A program made the position numbers and the translations under genes. From Anaerolineales bacterium (GTDB lineage: Bacteria > Chloroflexota > Anaerolineae > Anaerolineales > UBA4823), in assembly GCA_016929095.1 (NCBI GenBank), contig JAFGJM010000016.1, positions 32,535 through 96,534 of the forward strand: a DNA stretch of 64,000 nt, read 5' to 3'. The notes under the pieces were generated by a model. That model did no database searches, was not told the origin of the DNA, and saw only the letters and a list, made by a program, of their open reading frames with translations. Shown here piece after piece: positions 1 through 9,075 of this stretch (position 1 is the stretch's first letter; the number at the start of each line of letters is the position of its first letter).

Positions 1-94
1 ATTTCCGATAGACTAATTCAGACCCGTGAAAGTCTGATCCGTACATGATGCGGGTGATTTTCGAAGATCCACCAAATAATTTTCCAAATTTCAT
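1..94 (-). CDS. hypothetical protein, first 31 codons only (gene runs off the left edge)
   Basis: ATG at 92-94 (minus strand) with GGAGGT 6 nt upstream. The frame stays open to base 2 (MKFGKLFGGSSKITRIMYGSDFHGSELVYRK). It is missing from the ORF track only because fewer than 60 aa lie inside the window. Confidence 0.3.
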   Translation of the reverse strand, partial: MKFGKLFGGSSKITRIMYGSDFHGSELVYRK

Positions 95-187
95 GATTAC
101 CTCCAAAACTGAATGAATATTTCCGGTATTTTAGGCAAAATATTTGCTTAAAATACCGCAAATTTCCTTCGCCAAAAGAATTGGGTA

Positions 188-214
188 GGGGCAGCAAAAA
201 CAATATGCTGCCCC
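188..214 (-). terminator. GC-rich hairpin downstream of the permease gene
   Basis: GGGGCAGCA-N9-TGCTGCCCC lies about 30 nt past the stop of 246..1856. The U-tract on the minus strand is weak. Confidence 0.35.
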
Positions 215-245
215 AAAATTCTTGATATTGATATTTCTATTTTTA

Positions 246-1856
246 TTATACTGGCGGAATCGATTGGAAAGTCCAGTTAATATCAATACCTTCTTTATTC
301 AGACGATATGCTCGTGCTGCGTAGAATACGATGATGCCACTGATGATAAAGGCAGCTAATGTACCTAATGTGCCAACACCAATTCTACCGCCAACTGCCG
401 GGAACAGGAATGAAGCAACCAACATCCAAACCTGGTATAACAAGGTTACACAACCAACCAACGTAATCACAGGAATACCGCCGACTTTTCGGCGCACAAA
501 AGCGCTGGCATTTTCAAACATATCGGGTTTCAAGAACGGGAATAGTGTAATTGCCAGACAGGGCACCAGTTGTGTACACACGGCAAAGAAAACGAAGTTG
601 AGTTGTGCGCCCATCACGCCACCCAGGGCTGCATCGATAACGCCAATTTCTGCGATGACGGTAATGATGGCAATCGCAACGATCGGGCTGCGGAGCGTTG
701 GGTGAATGTAGCATACTTTTTCCGGGATCAAGCGGTCGAATGACCAGGCGAAAATAATCCGGCTGCAATAGAAGAAGTATGTCTGCGCCAGGTTGATCAG
801 AGTGTATACCCAGGCAATAGCGACAATCCATGTTAATAGCGCCGAAGGTCTTAGAATTGCTGCATAGAACGTGATATAGGGCATGGGATTAGCATCAGAG
901 ATACCAGCATTGCTCAAATAACTTTCTGCTGCTATCCATTCCAAGGGTACCATGCGTTGCAATAAAAGCGCTGCAACCACAAAAATCGCCCATGTGGTGA
1001 TCAAGGACGCCCAGGATCCGCTGATCAGGGTTTTCTCAGCCTGTTTCACTTCACCGGCGAAGAAGGTTGGGATATAGTAACCGTAGAAAATCCAGAAGCC
1101 CATGATCAAACCTGCCAGGGTCATAATTGCCACATTGGGATTGGTCACCATCCCATTATCAACGGCTAATTGAATACGCCCAGCATAGCTGCCTGCCCCC
1201 ATGAATTTATCCCATTGTGCCTCGAAAGAACCAACAGCTGTTCCCAATTGGAAGTAAAGGATTACCCAGGCAATTATTCCGAGGAAAAAGCCAACTTCCA
1301 GAATACGCAAGATGGTGCGGGTGGGTAATATCATGGTGATAAAGGTAATGACAGTACATATCGAACCAATGATGATAATCCCAGCTGCACTTTCAGACCA
1401 TCCTGCAAAGGATAAGAAGCCGGGGTTATTGAAAATGATACCCATCGTACGGAATAAAACCGGTATAGCTGTATTGGGGATCCAGGCGATGAGTGAACCA
1501 GCAACCATAGCGCTGAAGATGACCAGGGTCCAACTGGCCGCAAAAGCCAAGGGAGCGCTTAGAACTCGACTGGCTAAGGTGTAATCCGCCGCCGAACGAG
1601 GCATCGTTGCACCAATGACCGAGTAGGTATAGGCGTGAAAGAGGCAAAAGATCATTGCAACGGTGAGCACGCCAATAATGCTGCTACCTGGCCAAACGCC
1701 GGCTACCCAAGAAAAGGGTATCAAACCGGAGGACGATAAACTAATGCAGTGAACGCCAAAAACCATGGCTCCAAAAACGCCAATTGTGCGCACTAATCCG
1801 GAGCTTTTACGAGCATAAAGTCTCCGATCTTCAGTTGTGGCAGCCATTTCTGCCAT
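246..1856 (-). CDS. APC-superfamily amino acid/polyamine permease
   Basis: 536-aa polytopic membrane protein with about 12 or more hydrophobic segments. The N-terminal pattern LVRTIGVFGAMVFGVHCISLSSSG is typical of APC permeases. Confidence 0.8.
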   Translation of the reverse strand: MAEMAATTEDRRLYARKSSGLVRTIGVFGAMVFGVHCISLSSSGLIPFSWVAGVWPGSSIIGVLTVAMIFCLFHAYTYSVIGATMPRSAADYTLASRVLSAPLAFAASWTLVIFSAMVAGSLIAWIPNTAIPVLFRTMGIIFNNPGFLSFAGWSESAAGIIIIGSICTVITFITMILPTRTILRILEVGFFLGIIAWVILYFQLGTAVGSFEAQWDKFMGAGSYAGRIQLAVDNGMVTNPNVAIMTLAGLIMGFWIFYGYYIPTFFAGEVKQAEKTLISGSWASLITTWAIFVVAALLLQRMVPLEWIAAESYLSNAGISDANPMPYITFYAAILRPSALLTWIVAIAWVYTLINLAQTYFFYCSRIIFAWSFDRLIPEKVCYIHPTLRSPIVAIAIITVIAEIGVIDAALGGVMGAQLNFVFFAVCTQLVPCLAITLFPFLKPDMFENASAFVRRKVGGIPVITLVGCVTLLYQVWMLVASFLFPAVGGRIGVGTLGTLAAFIISGIIVFYAARAYRLNKEGIDINWTFQSIPPV

Positions 1857-1926
1857 AATAACCTCCTTATATGTATTTCAAGATAAAAAATGCTTGTTCA
1901 GTATGTAAACCTATCCAAGAATTTTC

Positions 1927-2739
1927 TTATACTTCTGATGCCCTCCTTTCAATTTCTGTAAGCATAATGTTCGCGTGATGTTCTTTCTGGTTTTGAGCTC
2001 GTTTTTCAAATCCAATTAATTCAATATCCATATGGATGCGAGCATAATCACAACGGAAAAAATCCTGAGAATATTCAATCGGTTTACTATTGGTTGCGTT
2101 ATAAATCGTGCGGTTGAGTTTAAGTAAAGGGAACCCTTCACTGACGCGCAATTGCTGAGCAACGGTTTCATTAGCAGCAATGGCTTCCACAGTTTGGGAG
2201 ACGCGCGCCAGATCGGCGCTATATACATCCACCAATAAATCAAATAGTGACGTTTTTTCCAAATCCCATTCTTCCAAATTGGGGCAGCGGGAACAAGGAA
2301 AAAAACCGCGCTCCAGTATGACTGGAACGCGGTTGGCAAATCGTAAAATCACAACGCGATATAAGGGTGCGCCAATTTCTACATCAAGCTGCTCAGCCAA
2401 GCGGCGGCTGGCAACAATTTCATCGAATTCCAAAAGCTGACTGGCGCTGGCGATATTGCGTTCTTGCATGGCCTGGATATGGTTCACCAGCTCAACGCTT
2501 TCATAAGTCACCCGCGGTTTAGAGACATAAGTCCCCGATCCATGTCGGCGCTCCAACAAACCCTCGCTGACTAATTCGGTGAGTGCCCGGCGAACAGTCA
2601 TCCGACTGACACCCAGTTCCTCACTGAATTCCCGCTCCGATTGGATTTTCGCCTCCGGCGCCAGTTTTCCCGTAAGGATCAATTCAGCAATGTATTCCTG
2701 AATACGTACATATAGCGGCTTGTTTAATCCACTCGACAT
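1927..2739 (-). CDS. GntR-family (HutC/UTRA subfamily) transcriptional regulator
   Basis: N-terminal winged HTH (SEREFSEELGVSRMTVRRALTELVSEGLLERRHGSGTYV) plus a C-terminal UTRA-like effector domain. A GGTATACC palindrome sits at 2796-2803, 57 nt upstream. Confidence 0.9.
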   Translation of the reverse strand: MSSGLNKPLYVRIQEYIAELILTGKLAPEAKIQSEREFSEELGVSRMTVRRALTELVSEGLLERRHGSGTYVSKPRVTYESVELVNHIQAMQERNIASASQLLEFDEIVASRRLAEQLDVEIGAPLYRVVILRFANRVPVILERGFFPCSRCPNLEEWDLEKTSLFDLLVDVYSADLARVSQTVEAIAANETVAQQLRVSEGFPLLKLNRTIYNATNSKPIEYSQDFFRCDYARIHMDIELIGFEKRAQNQKEHHANIMLTEIERRASEV

Positions 2740-3046
2740 TTACCACTTTCCCAAATCATTGTCTTTTTTTACTATCATTCAACAAAGTGGTTCCTGGTAT
2801 ACCCGATTTCACTCAAAAATAAACCCATCTTTTTTCGTTTTACCAGTAAATTATCACAATTTTGCGACAAATATTCGGGTATATAGATATTATATATGCA
2901 TTTAATTCAAAAATCAAGCCTTAATTTTCGAATTTTAAGATAAAAAACCCCCTTTTTTCCAAAAATTACGGATTATTTGAAATATTGCCGAGCTATTCTT
3001 CAAAAGTGGTATATGGTATAACAAAAGATACTTGTCCTCCAGCCGA

Positions 3047-4024
3047 TTATGTTATGGCATCCGGAAGCTCCACTTCAACCTTTCTTACTCGCGGATCGAG
3101 ATACCCCCCCGAAGCAATCAAAATCATAAACAATCCAATGAGTATGAAAAGTAAACCAGCTCCCCTTCCCGGTCCTACACCAATTACTTTCCCTACAGTA
3201 CTTGCCAATAAACCGCCAGTCTCCATTAAGGGACCAAAAACATTATTTTCAAGCCATCCCGCCAAAAGGAAGGCGATTGGCACGGTCGATCCTGCAATAA
3301 CTCTTCGCAAGGAAAATACACGCCCTTGAATTTCATGCGCTACTTTACTCTGCCATAAAGCCTGGCTCGAACCCCCGATGATCGGGTTCACAAATATCGA
3401 ACAGAAAGCCGCAAATCCAACCAGCATCAACGAAGGGTTTAATCCCAGCAACATAATAAAAAATCCATTTACAGCCGAAAATCCCACTGCTCCATGAATT
3501 CGTCTTTTAGGACCTCCCCAAACACTCATTGTCAACGTCCCTAAAAGCATCCCCAATCCCATTAACGAAGAAATCAAACCCGCCATTTCAGTTGACGTTA
3601 AATCCAATAAGAACGGCAGGATTAATACATTTACCATTCCAGCAAACAAATTTATCGATGCAAACAATATCAGCAAGCCCATCAAACCAGATCTCGCTGT
3701 TAGATACCGCCAACCGATAATAATCTCCCCCAAAAGCGCCTTTCTACTTGCATTAACCTCTTCTGTTATAACCACTTTAGGAAAACGGATCAAAGACAAT
3801 GCTCCAACAGCAAATAGATAAGTAACAAAATCTATGATAATAATTCCCGGCAAACCGACAGAAACCATCACCGCGCCCGCTGCGACAGGTGTAACAAGTG
3901 ACGAAATGGCGTACCCAATCTGCACCATACCTCCAACTTTACCAAGTTTTTCTTTTGAAACAAGCTGTGAAATCGAAGCCGAATAAGCCTGCCATTGAAA
4001 AACACCAGATGAATTAGTATCCAT
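3047..4024 (-). CDS. MFS transporter (EntS/DUF894-like), apparently N-terminally truncated and possibly a pseudogene
   Basis: Only about 8 TM helices in 325 aa. The ORF opens in what aligns to the TM4-TM5 loop of 12-TM MFS proteins (SQLVSKEKLGKVGG). No coding continuation upstream in any frame, only AT-rich DNA. Confidence 0.6.
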   Translation of the reverse strand: MDTNSSGVFQWQAYSASISQLVSKEKLGKVGGMVQIGYAISSLVTPVAAGAVMVSVGLPGIIIIDFVTYLFAVGALSLIRFPKVVITEEVNASRKALLGEIIIGWRYLTARSGLMGLLILFASINLFAGMVNVLILPFLLDLTSTEMAGLISSLMGLGMLLGTLTMSVWGGPKRRIHGAVGFSAVNGFFIMLLGLNPSLMLVGFAAFCSIFVNPIIGGSSQALWQSKVAHEIQGRVFSLRRVIAGSTVPIAFLLAGWLENNVFGPLMETGGLLASTVGKVIGVGPGRGAGLLFILIGLFMILIASGGYLDPRVRKVEVELPDAIT

Positions 4025-4200
4025 AATTTATATATATCCCAACATATTATTTTTGCTTGAATATTATTAATATTATATTTAATATATTAAGTATTACAAC
4101 GTTAATTGCTTAATTATATAAATGAATATATTGATAATATTAATTTATTTTTCTATTATTTGATTTCAAATTAATAAAAAACCCCCCTTAAATCTCATCG
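4025..4200. other. extremely AT-rich non-coding tract with imperfect direct repeats
   Basis: Runs of AATATTA/TATATT words. Two TTGCTT(G/A)A(A/T)TAT...AATATTA units start near 4055 and 4108. The tract abuts the truncated MFS start. Confidence 0.6.
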
Positions 4201-4408
4201 ACAGATCAATTGCGTGGAAATAATGATTACCAAGGAAGAATAGTGGTTAGTCAATATAAAGAAAATGAATTGGTAGTCACGCCTTTAGTCGTTCAATATT
4301 CGTAAATCGCAACTGAAGTCGTAACCACATTCATTATTTTTGCAATGACACAGTAATCGTGTGGTCGCCTGGTTTATTTTATGATTGAATAAAATGTATG
4401 GGGGTTAT

Positions 4409-4618
4409 TTAGAAAATAAATACTATGATCACGCCCATCAGGATTGATAGAAGACAGACAATGAAACCAATGATCAAATTTATTATTTTCCGTCGTCGAC
4501 TCACCGGAATATCCTGCCATACTTGGCCAAGCTTCTTGTACCAGGGTCGATGACGATGGCGCCTATGCGAATGAACTCGGGTAGAACCAGATGATTTTTC
4601 CATAGCGCGGTAACTCAC
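4409..4618 (-). CDS. hypothetical small membrane protein (His/Arg-rich N-terminus, one TM helix)
   Basis: 69-aa ORF with a GTG start, no convincing RBS and no recognisable family. Confidence 0.3.
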   Translation of the reverse strand: MSYRAMEKSSGSTRVHSHRRHRHRPWYKKLGQVWQDIPVSRRRKIINLIIGFIVCLLSILMGVIIVFIF

Positions 4619-4771
4619 CCATCATTGTTTTTCGCATTTATCTTATCATATTTTAATATTTAATAAAACATAAAAAGTGAAGTGATTTGATAATTGATTC
4701 TTGTTTATTTTTCAGGTAAAGTAATTATTGACCAATAATATAATAAGTCGAGGAATAAATAAAGAGGTGCG

Positions 4772-5557
4772 ATGAAAACCCACCGTTCAAATTTTCTCAT
4801 CTGGTTTTTTATTTTGATTGTGTTACTCATCATTGGGTATCTGAGTATATACAATCGAAATCGGAATATGCTTGAAGAAGAAATAACCGGTGATCCATAC
4901 CAATCAAAACGGTTGGCGATGGTGAGCAACACCATCGAAAATCGCGGCGTTAAAGACGATCACGTTTTGCAAGCAATGAAATATGTCCCCCGCCACCAGT
5001 TTGTTCCCCTGGAATACCTGGATAATGCGTATCAGGATCATCCGCTGCCCATCGGTTATGGGCAAACCATTTCCCAACCCTATATTGTTGCCTGGATGAC
5101 GGAGTTATTGGAACTAAAAAAAGGGGAAAAAGTATTGGAAATCGGCACCGGTTCAGGGTATCAGGCGGCAGTGCTCGCTGAATTGGGCTTCGTGAATGTG
5201 TATAGCATCGAAATCATTCCCGAACTATATCAAGTGGCTGCCCAACGTTTGAATGAATTGGGGTATTCGGCAATCCAAATAAAACAGGGCGATGGATATT
5301 ATGGGTGGGAAGAATATGCGCCTTTTGATGCGATTATCGTAACCGCTGCGCCAGATCATCTGCCTTCTCCGCTGGTTGCACAGCTGAAGGAAGGCGGGCG
5401 GTTGGTCATCCCGATAGGACCACCGGGTGGATACCAATCTTTGTGGAAATTTATCAAGCAAGGGGAAGATGTCAAAGCCTATAATTTGGGAGGAGTTTCC
5501 TTTGTGCCGCTTACCGGTGCTGGGTCAACTTCTTCATCTGGTGAGAATCAAGAATGA
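4772..5557 (+). CDS. pcm: protein-L-isoaspartate O-methyltransferase with an N-terminal TM/signal-anchor segment
   Basis: GYGQTISQPYIVAWMTELL and the SAM motif VLEIGTGSGYQAAVLAEL. AGAGG RBS. Hydrophobic segment FLIWFFILIVLLIIGYLSIY at residues 8-27. Confidence 0.9.
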   Translation: MKTHRSNFLIWFFILIVLLIIGYLSIYNRNRNMLEEEITGDPYQSKRLAMVSNTIENRGVKDDHVLQAMKYVPRHQFVPLEYLDNAYQDHPLPIGYGQTISQPYIVAWMTELLELKKGEKVLEIGTGSGYQAAVLAELGFVNVYSIEIIPELYQVAAQRLNELGYSAIQIKQGDGYYGWEEYAPFDAIIVTAAPDHLPSPLVAQLKEGGRLVIPIGPPGGYQSLWKFIKQGEDVKAYNLGGVSFVPLTGAGSTSSSGENQE

Positions 5558-8078
5558 GTAAAAACCACCCAAGCAAATAAGTGAGCGCGCCAATCCGCAG
5601 AACCCATGCAAAACCAAGCGCCAACGCCAGCATAGCTGCCAATACAGCAGATATCACCGAGGCTGCGCCATTGATTCCCCAAAACCATGGGATTGAGTCC
5701 GAATTTCCTCTACCGACCATCCAACGCAATCCTGCGGGAAAAGGGATACCCATCAAGATGCCCGCCGGCGCTACGACCAACACTGACACGATCACCCGCC
5801 ACCCGGTTGAAAAACCCAGTGTGTTTTCGAATATTAGAGGCAGTAATAATGGCAATATCATTACCAATCCAGCCGTTAAAAGCAAACATGGACGCCAGGG
5901 TATTTTATGGCTGGTCAAACTACCACAGCCGGAGAAAAATAAAATGGCAAACAACACAATAGCAAAAGCATACGCCGGTTGCCCCAAATACAAGATGAAT
6001 TTTTGAATAAGGGGGATTTCGACCAATAAATATCCAAAGCCAATGCAGGCAAAATATCCCAAGTCATATCCTGTCGGCTTGTGAAAGGGCGGAGTCGATG
6101 CATGCGCCTGTTGGCGGCGTATGTTTCGAATGATCCAGGGTAATAATACAAGACAACTGCCCATCACAATCGTCATGAGCAGTAATCCGATGACCACCAA
6201 GTAACCGGCGCCTCCAAACGGTTGCCAGGTTTTACCCCACTCTGCCATGATTTGTCTGATTTGCGACCATTTAAAATAATGCCCCATAAACGGTTGGTCA
6301 TCTGTCGGCGGTGTAATATCATAAGGATATTCACGGTAAAATGACCAGCGGGAATCGGAAGATATCAAATCGCGATAAGTTTGGTAATACATCGATTCGG
6401 GCAAAATGTTGTACCGGTTGGTTTCATTCGCCTGGACATCGGGTGCGTAGGACAGATCAAAAGCCCGGTCGAATAAAAACTCCCGAATAACGGATAACTC
6501 AGAGGTTGTAAAAGGTTTGCGTTTTACCATGATTGTCGTCGTGTTGTACCCGCGGAAAACGACGATCTGTTTTTGCGCTTCTCCCCCATCTTGTTCAACC
6601 GCTTCTATTGCCAGCCCGAATGCCCGTAAATCTTCACTGGGCGGATACTGAAGCCAGCGCATGAAAACTAAAATACCATTTGAATTCAAACGCGCCAAGG
6701 CATCAGTCAATGCTTCAACGGTATAGCGGTAATCTTCTGCCAGACTATATGCGCCAGATTGTACAGGATGGTAGGTTGAGGTCAGGGAAATAAGCACGAC
6801 ATCAAAGCTTTCCTGGCTGCGTTTAAGGTAACTGCGTTCAAACTCGATCTTTGTTTCTGCTTTGGGATGGGAATAGATATTTCCGGCTGCAGAAACGATA
6901 AGGGGATTTTGTTCAACAGCCGTGACACAACATGCCCCCTGCGCCAAAGCCGTATACACATCCAGGCCACCTCTAGGCTCCATTATCAGTGTTTTTGCGG
7001 CGGGTCGCAGTTCATACACAATAGAAACGGGCATGTATGGCGTGAAATTGTCTTGAGTAGTAACAATTACCGGCGATAAGTCATCTCCGTCCACATATAG
7101 TCCTTGCTGCTGCGGTATAGACGATTGATATCTATAGCTAAGCCCTGGTAAAGACCGAATTCCCGCGCTCTCCACCACACTAAGTCTCGAAAAAGAATTC
7201 CAATCCTGGGTAATCATTTTTGAACCCGGAAATTGCATCATATACGATAAGCTTTTATATGGGGAAATTTTTAATGACATCCAGGAAAAACCCTCCCGAT
7301 CTGACATTCGATTTCCAATGTCGATACCCGCCATAGTTATGATGATGCCTGCTAAAACGATCGGAAGCGTTTCAAACCCCATATTTCTATTCGGTTTGTC
7401 CGTATGATTGTCATCATGTTTCCCGCCAAGATAAAACCCTACCATACCAATCGCCGACAGTGCACTACAAAATAAAACAATCCCCTCTCCCCCCAAAAAC
7501 CCGGGAAGGAGTAGCGCCAATAAGCACCCCGAAGACGCCCCTGCCAGATTTACTCCATAAACGTTGCCTGTATTTTCGGGCAGGACTTCCAGAAGGAAAC
7601 TGACCACCAACCCGCAGAAAAAAAATGGCGTCGACAGCACCAGATAATGCAGAACCAGGATACCAGCTTGACGCAAATCCCAACCTATGCTAAAAGAATC
7701 AAATGGCAAATGGTTGAACAATAAATAAGCGCCAATCGTGCTGAGGCTGGCAAGTATCGATACCCATGAAAGGAATCTTCTGGGATTATCCCGCCCTAAT
7801 TTCGGGAATACCATCAACAGACTCCCGCTGGCTGCGCTGCCTAATAACACAACACTCACAATTAAAAAAGCAAAATGATAAAATTGCGCTACTGAGAATA
7901 AACGGATCAGGTTTATTTCAAAAGTAATGGATGAGGCAGAGATAAAAAATAATCCTACCTTAATAAGAAATCCATATGGATTACCCTCCCGATGCATGGG
8001 GGATACTGGCTGATTTTGGATAACCCCTTCTTCCGAATGCCTTCTCACAGTCGTTTCTCCCAAACGAGCCATGAACAC
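5511..8078 (-). CDS. polytopic membrane protein with a central spermidine-synthase-like (class I methyltransferase fold) domain
   Basis: 855 aa. The N-terminal TM bundle carries FEINLIRLFSVAQFYHFAFLIVSVVLLGSAASG, typical of membrane spermidine-synthase-like proteins. The soluble core has FDVVLISL. A further C-terminal TM bundle follows. Confidence 0.7.
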   Translation of the reverse strand: MFMARLGETTVRRHSEEGVIQNQPVSPMHREGNPYGFLIKVGLFFISASSITFEINLIRLFSVAQFYHFAFLIVSVVLLGSAASGSLLMVFPKLGRDNPRRFLSWVSILASLSTIGAYLLFNHLPFDSFSIGWDLRQAGILVLHYLVLSTPFFFCGLVVSFLLEVLPENTGNVYGVNLAGASSGCLLALLLPGFLGGEGIVLFCSALSAIGMVGFYLGGKHDDNHTDKPNRNMGFETLPIVLAGIIITMAGIDIGNRMSDREGFSWMSLKISPYKSLSYMMQFPGSKMITQDWNSFSRLSVVESAGIRSLPGLSYRYQSSIPQQQGLYVDGDDLSPVIVTTQDNFTPYMPVSIVYELRPAAKTLIMEPRGGLDVYTALAQGACCVTAVEQNPLIVSAAGNIYSHPKAETKIEFERSYLKRSQESFDVVLISLTSTYHPVQSGAYSLAEDYRYTVEALTDALARLNSNGILVFMRWLQYPPSEDLRAFGLAIEAVEQDGGEAQKQIVVFRGYNTTTIMVKRKPFTTSELSVIREFLFDRAFDLSYAPDVQANETNRYNILPESMYYQTYRDLISSDSRWSFYREYPYDITPPTDDQPFMGHYFKWSQIRQIMAEWGKTWQPFGGAGYLVVIGLLLMTIVMGSCLVLLPWIIRNIRRQQAHASTPPFHKPTGYDLGYFACIGFGYLLVEIPLIQKFILYLGQPAYAFAIVLFAILFFSGCGSLTSHKIPWRPCLLLTAGLVMILPLLLPLIFENTLGFSTGWRVIVSVLVVAPAGILMGIPFPAGLRWMVGRGNSDSIPWFWGINGAASVISAVLAAMLALALGFAWVLRIGALTYLLGWFLLILDSHQMKKLTQHR

Positions 8079-8183
8079 GATCGAATTATTGGATTTAGTA
8101 TTGCAAGAGTCTTATACCATATGTAGAATATCTATGGAAAACAAATTCAACCAAAAGAATGATTTTCCAGGATAAAACCAGAG

Positions 8184-8438
8184 ATGAACACACTTATATA
8201 CCAAAAATATCTTGAAGAATATATCAAAGAATCCATTGCCAACAGTGATGGCAGCAACGCAGATATCGCAACCCAGCTATGGGCAAAGAAAATTAGCGGG
8301 ATTTTTGTTCGGCATAAGGAAGAAAAAAATCGCGCCCTGGATGATGCCCGAAAAGCTTTCGACGAACACCGTCATTGGCCGTTGGAAATTGTCCTTTCAC
8401 ACGTGGGGGTAGATCCGAAAAAGATCATTAAAAAATAA
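8184..8438 (+). CDS. hypothetical protein
   Basis: 84-aa ORF, weak RBS, no recognisable motif. Confidence 0.35.
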   Translation: MNTLIYQKYLEEYIKESIANSDGSNADIATQLWAKKISGIFVRHKEEKNRALDDARKAFDEHRHWPLEIVLSHVGVDPKKIIKK

Positions 8439-8667
8439 GCTGTTTGCTATAGGCTGTCAGCTTTCAATTTAATAAAATGGCTATAAATACACATTAATTC
8501 CTGGTTTCTTGATATTACCGGCTTCCTTATGGAACATCTTAATCATCATAATAATTGGATGGAGGCAAAGCATATCTGCAATTTAATAATCGAAATTATT
8601 TTCCGCATTTCCCGCCTTACTCATATAAAGTCTTTCGTTGCCTGTTTTCAGTTTTCGTTTTTTCTTG

Positions 8668-8712
8668 AATTATTCCTGGATTCCTATTGTTCCTGGCCTC
8701 CTCATTTTCCTT
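8668..8712 (+). repeat. partial copy (TTCCTGG-rich module) of dispersed intergenic repeat family 2
   Basis: ATTATTCCTGGATTCCTATTGTTCCTGGCCTCCTCAT resembles the reverse complement of 31330-31365 and also 22640-22668. A second fragment (ATTCCTGGTTTCTTG...GGCTTCCTT) lies at 8497-8529. Confidence 0.5.
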
Positions 8713-8869
8713 TCTATTTTAATACTTGAACTATCCCCCATCCTAAGGAACTATCTCCATAAATAACTGCAACCAATTTATGAATTCTCCGTATAGATAC
8801 ATAGAATTGCTGAGTATAAAAAAAATAACGAACCACTCAGCAGATGACTTGGAACGGAGGTTTTTTATC

Positions 8870-9052
8870 ATGGGATTAATCAAATGTCTTGTTGGACTTA
8901 TTGTGGGGATCGTCGGGTTGGCGTTAGGCTTAGTGGGTGCAGTGATCGGTGTCGTATTAGGCATTATCGCCCTGGTAATCGGGGGGGTGATCGCCCTGGT
9001 AGTCGGTATCCTGGTAGCCCCTATCGCCATCATACTGGCAATCATATTCTAA
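8870..9052 (+). CDS. 60-aa glycine-zipper hydrophobic peptide
   Basis: GGAGG RBS 8 nt before the internal ATG of ORF 8780..9052. The product MGLIKCLVGLIVGIVGLALGLVGAVIGVVLGIIALVIGGVIALVVGILVAPIAIILAIIF is almost entirely G/V/I/L/A. Confidence 0.5.
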   Translation: MGLIKCLVGLIVGIVGLALGLVGAVIGVVLGIIALVIGGVIALVVGILVAPIAIILAIIF

Positions 9053-9075
9053 GTGGTGAGGCGGGTAAACAAAAA

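Noticed and set aside
18-203. 61-aa minus-strand ORF at the left edge.
   Set aside because: It is in a different frame from the RBS-supported ORF that starts at 94. It spans the terminator hairpin and has no RBS.
2796-3022. GGTATACC palindrome (2796-2803) and tandem TGGTATA-TGGTATA (3007-3020) as GntR/HutC operators.
   Set aside because: They fit the GT-N-TA-N-AC flavour of HutC-type sites, but they are too short and unsupported to call without comparative data. They are mentioned only in the GntR evidence.
8529-8729. 66-aa ORF, and the N-terminal 30 codons of ORF 8780..9052.
   Set aside because: It is built from repeat family 2 fragments in an AT-rich spacer. The GGAGG RBS supports only the internal start at 8870.
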